This document shows, piece by piece, positions 21,257 through 29,811 of a DNA stretch of 64,000 bases (position 1 is its first letter; the number at the start of each line of letters is the position of its first letter). The stretch covers positions 448,001-512,000 of the forward strand of contig CAXXTH010000017.1 in the NCBI GenBank assembly GCA_963668025.2. Direction: 5' to 3'. The notes under the pieces were generated by a model. It had not been told where the DNA came from and did not search any database. It saw nothing but the letters and a program-made list of their open reading frames with translations. A program made the position numbers and the translations under genes. The DNA comes from Candidatus Hydrogenedentota bacterium. Lineage in GTDB: Bacteria > Hydrogenedentota > Hydrogenedentia > Hydrogenedentales > SLHB01.

Positions 21257-22000
21257 ATGCACAGATTGAAAATAACCCGCATAATCAGCCTTCGAGCGGC
21301 GGCCTATCTGGCCTTGATAGCCCTATGTATGGCGGCGAATCCCGCGCATGCCGCTTCGTTGAAATACTCGAAAGCCTGCGTGGAATTCCAAAACCGCTGG
21401 CACATGGCGCAAGGCCCCGAGTCGCCATCAAGCACCACCTGTTTTAATGGCCATGTGGCCACGGGCGCGGGCGACGCCAGCGCCCCGCATGATGGAAGCT
21501 ATACCCTCGTGCGCTCGCAATTCGGCCTGCCGTTTTACGGCGGCGTGAGCCTGCGGCCCGTGGACTCGGATGCTGATGGCATCCCGAACAGCACCGAAGG
21601 AGAAAGCGACCCCGACGGCGATTCACTCGGCAACTGGCAAGATCCGGATTCGGATGACGACGGCGTCCCCGATCAAACCGAAGCGGGGCCGAATCCGTTT
21701 ACACCCCTCGACTCCGATGGCGACGGCGCGCCTGATTATATTGACCTCGATAGCGACGATGACACACTGCCAGATACCTCCGAAGGATTGGGCGATCCGG
21801 ATTTGGATGATCTGCCAAACTACCTCGACCTGGATAGCGACGAGGACGGCTGGCCAGATGAAGACGAAGCCGCAGCCGGTTCGGATCCATATAATAGCGA
21901 TAGCGTGCCGCTGCCGTTGCGAAGCGGGCTCCTAGGCATGGCCTTCTTGATGGCAGGGATAATCAGAACCGTCTGGTGGCGCAAGCCGCATATAAGGTAA
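21257..22000 (+). CDS. Secreted protein with thrombospondin type-3-like Ca-binding repeats and a C-terminal membrane anchor
   Basis: Signal peptide; repeated DSDxDGxPD / YLDLDSD; C-terminal VPLP + hydrophobic helix + basic tail. Confidence 0.8.
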   Translation: MHRLKITRIISLRAAAYLALIALCMAANPAHAASLKYSKACVEFQNRWHMAQGPESPSSTTCFNGHVATGAGDASAPHDGSYTLVRSQFGLPFYGGVSLRPVDSDADGIPNSTEGESDPDGDSLGNWQDPDSDDDGVPDQTEAGPNPFTPLDSDGDGAPDYIDLDSDDDTLPDTSEGLGDPDLDDLPNYLDLDSDEDGWPDEDEAAAGSDPYNSDSVPLPLRSGLLGMAFLMAGIIRTVWWRKPHIR

Positions 22001-22139
22001 AAACCGGGCAGCATGAGCAGGCCGCCACACCGAGGAAAACTCTTGTCCGGCGATTTGAAGCGCGGCGCAATTGGTTGAACGGCTCCTTGCCAGTATGATA
22101 CAGTCTTGGCGTTCGTTTCCACGTTGTGGAACGGAAAAT

Positions 22140-22216
22140 GGGCGACTAGCTCAGGTGGTTAGAGCGCCGTCTTCACACGGCGGAGGTCACTGGTTCAAGT
22201 CCAGTGTCGCCCACCA
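22140..22216 (+). tRNA. tRNA-Val(CAC)
   Basis: GGGCGAC/GTCGCCC acceptor stem, D arm GCTC/GAGC, anticodon loop TTCACAC, T loop TTCAAGT, 3' ACCA. Confidence 0.97.
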
Positions 22217-22227
22217 TTAAAAACGTT

Positions 22228-22270
22228 CAGGCCAATAGCTGCATTCGAGCTATTGGCCTGTTTGCGTTTT
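22228..22270 (+). terminator. Terminator after tRNA (possibly bidirectional)
   Basis: CAGGCCAATAGC...GCTATTGGCCTG perfect stem plus T-rich tail. Confidence 0.8.
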
Positions 22271-22293
22271 ATGCGATGTATTTGACCGGCGTA

Positions 22294-23073
22294 TCAGGAG
22301 CCGTTTGGGCGTTTATCGTCGTTCCCGGATTCATCCTCGGGTGAATAGATGCCGCCATAGGGCAGCGTCTCCGCCTCGCCTGCGGCTTGCTGTTCATCCT
22401 CTTTGCTAGGCGCTGGGGCATCTGTATCCGATTCGCCGGGAAGGTAACTCATTTCTCCCGGTTCAAAGGGGACCAGCCCAGTCTTTTTTTTTTCGCCGCT
22501 GTAACTCACGGCGGCCGGATATTCTTTCGGAGATGGTGTGTCGAAACCGGCTTTTTTGTTAATGACGACATTGCGCGTGTTGAGGTCTACGCCTACGATG
22601 ACATCATCTCCCAGCAGCTTGCGGCCATGTTCCGCGATCAAGTCTTTGAGGCGCGCTTGGATCTCCCGCGTGCTGGCGCTGGCGGCTTTAAAAATATCCA
22701 CCACGGCGCAAATGCGCACCCGGCGTTGATCATCGGCGGGCTCGAAATGCACATTCGACCATTTCACTTCCGGATCGCGCGCCAACAGCCGGGCGAGAGT
22801 CCGCTCCATGCCATTTAATTGAATCACGTTCTGGCCCAGGGCATCCGGGAAGGAAATGGATTTTCCCCGCTGCCTTCTGGGAAACGGGATGAGCGCCCAT
22901 AGGGCCACGGCCACGATTAGGATGGCCACAACGACGCGCACAAGCCCGTTGTCTGGGGCCAGCGTCGCCACCATGCGGTATAATTCGGATGAAGGCTTAA
23001 ATATCAGCATCACGCCAGAAGCAAGCAGTCCGGCGCAAATGGCCTTCAGCGCAAGAGCTTGAAGCATTCTCAT
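22294..23073 (-). CDS. Membrane protein, AmaP-like (alkaline shock response anchor)
   Basis: Two N-terminal TM helices, Asp23-like alpha/beta core, acidic disordered tail; family call tentative. Confidence 0.55.
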   Translation of the reverse strand: MRMLQALALKAICAGLLASGVMLIFKPSSELYRMVATLAPDNGLVRVVVAILIVAVALWALIPFPRRQRGKSISFPDALGQNVIQLNGMERTLARLLARDPEVKWSNVHFEPADDQRRVRICAVVDIFKAASASTREIQARLKDLIAEHGRKLLGDDVIVGVDLNTRNVVINKKAGFDTPSPKEYPAAVSYSGEKKKTGLVPFEPGEMSYLPGESDTDAPAPSKEDEQQAAGEAETLPYGGIYSPEDESGNDDKRPNGS

Positions 23074-23229
23074 CGCTGTGTGTTCTCCTTAGCGGCGGCG
23101 CGGAATAGTTGGCGGCCGCCTGCCGGTTGAGGCGCATGTTGCAGCTTTACGTTGCGCGCACCAATAAAGCAAGCGTACCTGAAGCTTCCCTAGCGCCTCA
23201 AGTTTCCAGTAGAACCGATGTTTTCCGGC

Positions 23230-24072
23230 CTAGCGGAAATAGTGCTTGAACCCGATTGTGAAAGCCGAAGCGTTAAAATCATAATCACGGCGGTTGAACC
23301 AGGTGTAGCCTGCGTTGAAGCTCAGGGCGCTGTGTTCGTTGACCGGCACATCGACGCCTATGTTTCCATTGAAGCTCGGAATCAGCCATTCGTCACTCAA
23401 CTCGACGCCCAAATGGCGCATCGAATCAAAAGGTTTAATCGATGTACGGGCGCGGGCGCGGTAGGTGGCGTAGGTCCAGGTGGCCCGTCCGCCCAGCACC
23501 GGTTTCGCGGCGCACAAACGTTCGCCCCACGAATCATAATGCTGGAGCACGGGCATGCCAAAGGGGAAATAATCGAGCCCTATGCCCGCATACAGCGCGG
23601 TGCGTTTGATTTCGAAATCCGTATGAAGCGGCAGGCCAGCGAAGATGCTGCGGTCATCTTCCTTCGTGCGCACCTTGCCGCCGGTGTAGCCCGTTTGCAC
23701 GAACAACGCCCAGTGGTTCGACAAGTTGCGCCCCAGGCCGAAATGGGGTGCCCACAGCAGATGGAGGTCCCGCAGGTCGCCCACGGTCATTGCATCGTCA
23801 TACCCTGGGGCCGCGATGCGCATGGCGTTGTCGTATATGGAAACCAGCCGCTCACTCTCCATCTTTGGATACACATTCACGAGAGCGAAGAAAACAAACC
23901 ACGGCGGTATGGAAGGAGAAGCTTGCGCGTCCGGGGCGGCTTGTTGTTCTGGTGAGCTTGAACCGGCATTCGTATGTGCTTCTTCGCATGCCGCTGGTAT
24001 TGTACCGGCCACTACTATGAATACCACCGTTGCTTGAGCGAGCCTGAGCGCAGCGTATCCCAGTTTTTTCAT
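23230..24072 (-). CDS. Putative outer-membrane beta-barrel protein
   Basis: Signal peptide, alternating aromatic beta strands, C-terminal IGFKHYFR. Confidence 0.65.
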   Translation of the reverse strand: MKKLGYAALRLAQATVVFIVVAGTIPAACEEAHTNAGSSSPEQQAAPDAQASPSIPPWFVFFALVNVYPKMESERLVSIYDNAMRIAAPGYDDAMTVGDLRDLHLLWAPHFGLGRNLSNHWALFVQTGYTGGKVRTKEDDRSIFAGLPLHTDFEIKRTALYAGIGLDYFPFGMPVLQHYDSWGERLCAAKPVLGGRATWTYATYRARARTSIKPFDSMRHLGVELSDEWLIPSFNGNIGVDVPVNEHSALSFNAGYTWFNRRDYDFNASAFTIGFKHYFR

Positions 24073-24287
24073 CGAATCTTGCTTCCCCCGCATAAGCATA
24101 AGGTCGGCCTGTATTACCGCGAATGTACGGAGAACAAGCCGTATACTATGGAGAACGAAGATAACAGATGTTCAAGCCAGGCTCAATAAGCAAAAAGCCC
24201 GGGTAAATCGCCAGCCGACTGAAACAGTTTGAAACAGCATGGCAAAATGATTCAATTGCTCATTTATTATGTATTATTAAATTTTCA

Positions 24288-24468
24288 GTAATACTTTAGC
24301 CATATGAAGCAGCATCTGATGGCTTTTGACTTGTTTATTGCATCGCAACGGTATTGATATTCCATGTAACGACCGCCGGGGGCGGTGGCCCCACACTTTT
24401 TTCTAGTAAGCAATGTGTGGGACTGGCACCCTCGCCGGTCATTCTTCACCATTTCGCTAAAGCGTTAC
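24288..24468. mobile_element. MITE family A copy
   Basis: GTAATACTTTAGCC...GCTAAAGCGTTAC termini; interior similar to 4583-4721 and 52310-52497; no clear TSD. Confidence 0.75.
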
Positions 24469-24752
24469 CATACTTTAAGAAATACCGCAATATATTGTGC
24501 TTTTCTTTTCTGTACGAACAGTGGAGTGCGCGGCATAAGGGAGAGGTGGTCCTTCGTGTGTTGCGGGGAGAGCCGGTGGACACGTTGTGAGCCGTGAGCT
24601 TGAGGTGGGGAGTGAACAGGACGTCGCTATTCACGGTGGAGGAAGGCCACGTGGGGATTTCCCAAATACATTGTACAATTCTTTTGACCATCTGGCCTTC
24701 AGCGGGGACATACATGTAGAGTTTAGTTAATCACTAAGGGAGTCAGCGACCA

Positions 24753-26600
24753 ATGGAAGACGTGGATAGAATCGCATTGCAACAATGGATTGCATCTCGA
24801 GATGCCGAAGCGTTCAAAGAGCTCACAACTCGCTATGCAGGGATCGTCTATGCCACCTGTCGCCGTATCTTGGGCAATTCGACGGATGCAGAAGATATCA
24901 CCCAGGAGTGTTTCGAGATCCTTGCGCAAGCCAAGGAAATCACCAGAATCCATTCCGTCGGTGCATGGCTGCACGGCATGGCCACAAACCGCTCAATAAA
25001 ACGCATTCGGAGCGATCATCGCGGGAAAAGCCGGGAGGCTTGCTTCTCGAGCATATCTCCCAGAACGACGGACGTCACATGGAATGATCTTTACGAATAT
25101 GTGGACGAAGCTGTTTGCAGACTGCCCATGGAGCTTCGGGAACCCATCCTCCTCCACTTCTTTGAAGACAATACGCACGAATCCATCGCAAAGAAACTCG
25201 GCGTCGCACGGTCCACCATCAGCTACCGTATCCAAATGGGCATCGAAACCATTCGCAAGCAACTGAAACGACAAGGGATCGTGGTTGCGGGTTCCGCGTT
25301 GACCGTCTTGATGACACGACATCTCGTAGCCGAAGCCGTCCCGACAACGCTGACTGCTACCCTGGCAAGGATCGGATTGGCCGGCGTGACGCGCACAAAT
25401 ACAGCAGGAGCTTGGGGATTCATATACGAGATCATGCACCCGCAAAGCGTCATGATCGCGGCGGCACTGCTCTTTGTAGCCGCTCTGGCATCGTGGGCTT
25501 TGTACACAAGACATACCACCGAATCAACGATGCAGACTCCACAGACGGCAACCCTCGAAGCGCCGACGGAACCGCTGCCTTTGAAGTCGGTCCAGCCGCC
25601 GCCGGTAATCAATCTCACGGACGCCCAGAACAGCAACACGCCGCTTGTGGCGCCTACAACCGAAGCCACATCGCCTAACGATAGTGTCTCCAGTTCCGCC
25701 GTGGGAACCATTCACGGGGCCATGCGTTATCGGGGAACGCCAATGGCTGGTATGGCAATTCAGTTGAATCGTCAAGAAAAGTGCACCGAGGCGAAAACAG
25801 ACAAGGCGGGAACATACATCTTTGAAGATGTACCACCCGGCCAATACACGCTTCTGGGTTGGTTGTCTCCTAGTCGCGAGGACCGTTTTCCCCAGCTTAT
25901 CCGAAAAGAGCAAATAACACTAAAACCGGGCACTGACACCATAGTGGATTTTGATTTTCCCGCCCCTGGTGGATTCCTTGAGGGCGTACTCACGTACCAG
26001 GGTCAGCCAATAGAACATACCAGTCTTGCAAGGTGCGAACTACGCGTAACAGATGAAAAGGGGACTGAAGTGTATGCAAATGGGACGGGAGTAGGTCCGA
26101 ATGGGAGGTATGCTTTCGAGAAAGTGAACGGTGGTTCTGCCTTGTTTGAAGCATGGGCAACCCTTAGCGTGGAAGGAGTAAAGAGCCAACTACGGTATAC
26201 CTGCAAGCTGAAAATACCGGAAGGGAAGGAAGTATTCAGAACGATAGAAATGGACAAGCAGAAAGACTCTCTGATTGTGCATCTCCAGGGCAACACAGAG
26301 CATTCCTCCGGAAGCCTTACGATGCTAAGAGGGAAAGTCGACATTGAGTTTGGCAAGCTGTCGGAGAAGTATCTCGAATCATTCAGTCCTCTAATAGTTA
26401 CCTATAGAGATGTCGACAGAAGTGATGCCTGCCAGTTTGGCCCACTCGAACCGGGAACCTACACCCTTCTCCTCATGGCGATTGATCGAAAGTACTTGGA
26501 CAAACCAGAAAAGGAACAGATCGAGAATGGGCAGTTTCTGACAAAAACAGTGAGCATCATCGCGGGGCAGACGCAGGAAGTCACTTTTTTCTTGGAATAA
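24753..26600 (+). CDS. ECF sigma factor fused to a TM helix and carboxypeptidase-regulatory-like beta domains
   Basis: DAEDITQECF, AWLHGMATN, LPMELREPILLHFFE HTH region; TM at ~aa 235-250; PGQYTL / PGTYTL repeats. Confidence 0.85.
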   Translation: MEDVDRIALQQWIASRDAEAFKELTTRYAGIVYATCRRILGNSTDAEDITQECFEILAQAKEITRIHSVGAWLHGMATNRSIKRIRSDHRGKSREACFSSISPRTTDVTWNDLYEYVDEAVCRLPMELREPILLHFFEDNTHESIAKKLGVARSTISYRIQMGIETIRKQLKRQGIVVAGSALTVLMTRHLVAEAVPTTLTATLARIGLAGVTRTNTAGAWGFIYEIMHPQSVMIAAALLFVAALASWALYTRHTTESTMQTPQTATLEAPTEPLPLKSVQPPPVINLTDAQNSNTPLVAPTTEATSPNDSVSSSAVGTIHGAMRYRGTPMAGMAIQLNRQEKCTEAKTDKAGTYIFEDVPPGQYTLLGWLSPSREDRFPQLIRKEQITLKPGTDTIVDFDFPAPGGFLEGVLTYQGQPIEHTSLARCELRVTDEKGTEVYANGTGVGPNGRYAFEKVNGGSALFEAWATLSVEGVKSQLRYTCKLKIPEGKEVFRTIEMDKQKDSLIVHLQGNTEHSSGSLTMLRGKVDIEFGKLSEKYLESFSPLIVTYRDVDRSDACQFGPLEPGTYTLLLMAIDRKYLDKPEKEQIENGQFLTKTVSIIAGQTQEVTFFLE

Positions 26601-26916
26601 TGAGATCACTCGCAGGAGCGCGGTGCAGCAACGCTTATAGGATCTCTTCGGCTTAGGCCGCGCCGAAGAACAGTTAACACAACACGCACGCCTTTCATAA
26701 ACTCCTTCTATAAAACTACTTATGCCGACGAAAACTCCATCCGGAGAAAACTCAGGTTAAATATATGACACTTTTGCCAGAAAACAATCAGTGACATGTT
26801 AGCCCGTTCAGGAAAGTGCTTACCGACTGAAGCTAGCAGCCTAGGGAAGGGATACTATAAACGTCAAGCCGATGCCCGTTACTGCATTACATTACCGGCT
26901 ACCCAGTAATACAAAA

Positions 26917-26947
26917 CCGCCCCGGATTTTGTGTGAATCCGGGGCGG
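26917..26947. terminator. Hairpin/terminator between convergent genes
   Basis: CCGCCCCGGATT-N7-AATCCGGGGCGG, with an A run on the left. Confidence 0.7.
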
Positions 26948-26965
26948 CTGGCGGCATGAGGATTC

Positions 26966-29563
26966 TTACTCAGGGATAATATACAGATCGTTCGGGTGAT
27001 ACAGTAAATCGCGGTATAGCGCCGTGGCTTTCCAATATGGCCCGGACGCATTTTCCTTCACGCTGTAGAAAGCGTAGGTGCTGGTGGATTGGTCCGCATT
27101 GGCGTCGAATGCATAGATGCCGCCCAGGCCGATAGCGCCATTGGGATTGCTGATCTTCGCCCAAAGCGTGGCGGCGTCCGCGTCAAGGCTTGTGGTGGCA
27201 TACCCATACGTGGCAAGCCAAAGCGCATCATATGCGCTGATTTCATTCCAGGCGGCGGACCCATCCAGCAGCGGCTCCAGATACGAACCGAGCGCGTTGC
27301 GCATGGGCGAGAAGCGTCGCATCCCGGCCACATCATAGGTGGAACAGGTAAGGCTGGTCGCTTTAGCCGCCGCCAGCGCCTGCTCGGAAGCCAGCAGTAT
27401 ACGGCTTTGGCAAATGCCGTCCGTGCCATACCATTTCACCGTGGTCAATGGGCCTTCCTCGACTTGCTCGAGCAGTTGGACGCCTTCTTGAATGCTCACG
27501 ACGAGTACGGCGGCGTTCTCCGTGGATTCGGCGTTTTCAATATGCCGCTCGGCGGCGTCCAGCACATCCGAGAAATCCGTCGTATCCGCCGCATACGGAA
27601 TGGCCGTGGCTTCGCCCGCGAAAGCCGCTTGGAATGCCTCCACGAAATCCACGCCATAGGTGTCGTCGATGTAGAGCAAGGCCACATCCGTTTTTCCTTG
27701 ATAAGTGAGCAAGCGCGACACCGCCTTGGCCTGGCGTGCGTCTGTCGCCGTCATGCGCATGATGCGGTCCACTTTGGCCAATGACGGGGCGGTGCTGGTG
27801 GTGCTGATGGCCACCATGCCCGTCTCATTCACATATGCTTCCACGGCGGCCAGTTCGCCGCTGCTGATCGGGCCGACTATCAGGTTCACCCCCCGGGCGT
27901 GCAGGGCCTTGACCTGCGCCAAGGCCGTGGCCGGATCGCTCCTCGTGTCGCACACATCCACATTGAAGTGAATATCGAGCCCTTCCGTGACGGGGTAATA
28001 GGTGTTCGCTTGATCCAAGGCGAGATAGATGGCTTGCAGCGCGCCCAAGCCATCTTCCGCGTTCGCACCCGTGAGCGGCAGCACCGCGCCAATCGTGGCG
28101 GTTCCAGACTCTTCCGTGAAGAACGAAGTGGCGTCGGTGATATACGGCCCCAACGTGATGTGCTGGATGAATACGCCCGCGAAATTCCATCCGGGCGTTC
28201 CATTGCTTCTCTCGCCCATGGCGAAGCGGGATTGCATGACGACCGACATGTCGCCATTCGCGTCGAGGATACTTAGTTGTCCAAACACGCTGAAGGTGCT
28301 GCCGATCACGGTCTCGAAATTCGTCTTCAACGTGGCGGCGTCCGCAGTGGGATTGGCATGGTAGGTTTCGCCAATCACCCATAGCGCGTCCCACGTGGAC
28401 AACGAAGAGGGCATCGGGGCCGTGCCCAGCGTATTGCTCATCACCGCGTCAGCCAGCATGATGGGCATCACGGGGATGGATTCCTGGCAGGGGACCGTGA
28501 AGCCTTCCAGCTTCACTTTGCTGGCGAATGCCGAAGCGTCCACGTCTGAAACGATGGAAGGATGCCGCACGATTTGGTCCGTGGCATACCACTTCACATG
28601 GGCCAGCGTGCTGTCGAGTCCCGCCGCCTTAAAAAGGCCCGCCGCGTCCGAGTCCTGGCCAATCAGCAAGATGGCAGTCGAGGCCGTGTCCAACCCGGCG
28701 ATGGCGTCCGCGATTTGCCCCGCCAATAGGGTGTAATCGACATTCGTGGGATCATACGCGATGGCATCCAGCGCCACGACATCACTATCGGCCTCTTCGA
28801 TATCCGCGCGGAACGCCTCCAGAAGGTCGCGCCCATACACATCATCGAGATAGACAGGAAGCACATTGGCAATCCCTTGCCGCTGCATGAGCATCGCAAG
28901 GGCCTTGGCTTGGTTCGTATCGTTCGGTATGAGCCGGTAGAGATTGTCGGGCAGCGCGAGCGAGATGGCCGTACTGGACGGGCTGATCAAAATGATGCCG
29001 TGCTCGTTGGCGTAATCCACGACCGCGGCAGCCTCCCCGCTGCTCATGGGGCCTACGACCATCCGCACGCCTTGCGCGTCAAGAGATTTTAGGGCCTCGA
29101 GCGCCGTGGCGGGATCGCCGCTGCTGTTATACGTCAAGAGTTCGAGCTGAAGGTGTTCGCTGTCATAATACGCATTCGCCGTATCGAGCGCCTCATACAA
29201 AGCCACGTTCGCGCTCTGGCCTGCGGTGGCCCATAGCCCGTCCATCGGCAAAATAGCGCCCACCTGCACCGTTGTGGTTTCCGTGGGCGCGGCGCCTAAA
29301 GAAACCACCAAGTTGACGGTAGTCCCTCGCGTTACCCATGTACCCGGCAGCGGCTCTTGCGTTATCACATCGCCTTCCGCCAAGATATCGTGATATGCGG
29401 TAGTGACAGTTCCCACGCTTAAATTGTTGTCTATGATCATGATCTCGGCATAGTCCTGGGTCATGCTCGTGAGATCCGGCACCCGAATGCCCATCGGACA
29501 CCCGCATGTTAGAACCACCAGCACAAGCCCCATCCCGATGCTCAACAATCCCCTACTACCCAT
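26966..29563 (-). CDS. Lipoprotein: PASTA domain + two type-I periplasmic binding protein (LivJ-like) domains
   Basis: VPDL...VITQEP.PG..V.LVVS PASTA; two GA.LP.G / VGP.SS repeats. Confidence 0.85.
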   Translation of the reverse strand: MGSRGLLSIGMGLVLVVLTCGCPMGIRVPDLTSMTQDYAEIMIIDNNLSVGTVTTAYHDILAEGDVITQEPLPGTWVTRGTTVNLVVSLGAAPTETTTVQVGAILPMDGLWATAGQSANVALYEALDTANAYYDSEHLQLELLTYNSSGDPATALEALKSLDAQGVRMVVGPMSSGEAAAVVDYANEHGIILISPSSTAISLALPDNLYRLIPNDTNQAKALAMLMQRQGIANVLPVYLDDVYGRDLLEAFRADIEEADSDVVALDAIAYDPTNVDYTLLAGQIADAIAGLDTASTAILLIGQDSDAAGLFKAAGLDSTLAHVKWYATDQIVRHPSIVSDVDASAFASKVKLEGFTVPCQESIPVMPIMLADAVMSNTLGTAPMPSSLSTWDALWVIGETYHANPTADAATLKTNFETVIGSTFSVFGQLSILDANGDMSVVMQSRFAMGERSNGTPGWNFAGVFIQHITLGPYITDATSFFTEESGTATIGAVLPLTGANAEDGLGALQAIYLALDQANTYYPVTEGLDIHFNVDVCDTRSDPATALAQVKALHARGVNLIVGPISSGELAAVEAYVNETGMVAISTTSTAPSLAKVDRIMRMTATDARQAKAVSRLLTYQGKTDVALLYIDDTYGVDFVEAFQAAFAGEATAIPYAADTTDFSDVLDAAERHIENAESTENAAVLVVSIQEGVQLLEQVEEGPLTTVKWYGTDGICQSRILLASEQALAAAKATSLTCSTYDVAGMRRFSPMRNALGSYLEPLLDGSAAWNEISAYDALWLATYGYATTSLDADAATLWAKISNPNGAIGLGGIYAFDANADQSTSTYAFYSVKENASGPYWKATALYRDLLYHPNDLYIIPE

Positions 29564-29811
29564 TGCCCTGTTTCTCCTTAATTAAACCCATCTCCGCCAT
29601 TGCACAAAGTGCGCCTTCATAAAACCACTATCCCGGTAGAATTTATGATATTTTCTATATTAAAACAATCCGCATCTTCCGAATCAAGGGCAATCTCCTT
29701 ACGAAGAGGTCATCACATTATTATCCTTTGAATCGTCACACCGGGGGAATCAAAGGTCCAGATGATTCACCATAACGTCGTAAAGGCACGAAAGAAACAA
29801 TTGCAAGACGA

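Noticed and set aside
18591-22216. Prophage or integrated island at tRNA-Val
   Set aside because: No integrase, capsid or terminase, no duplicated tRNA 3' end seen, and the fibre-like proteins have signal peptides
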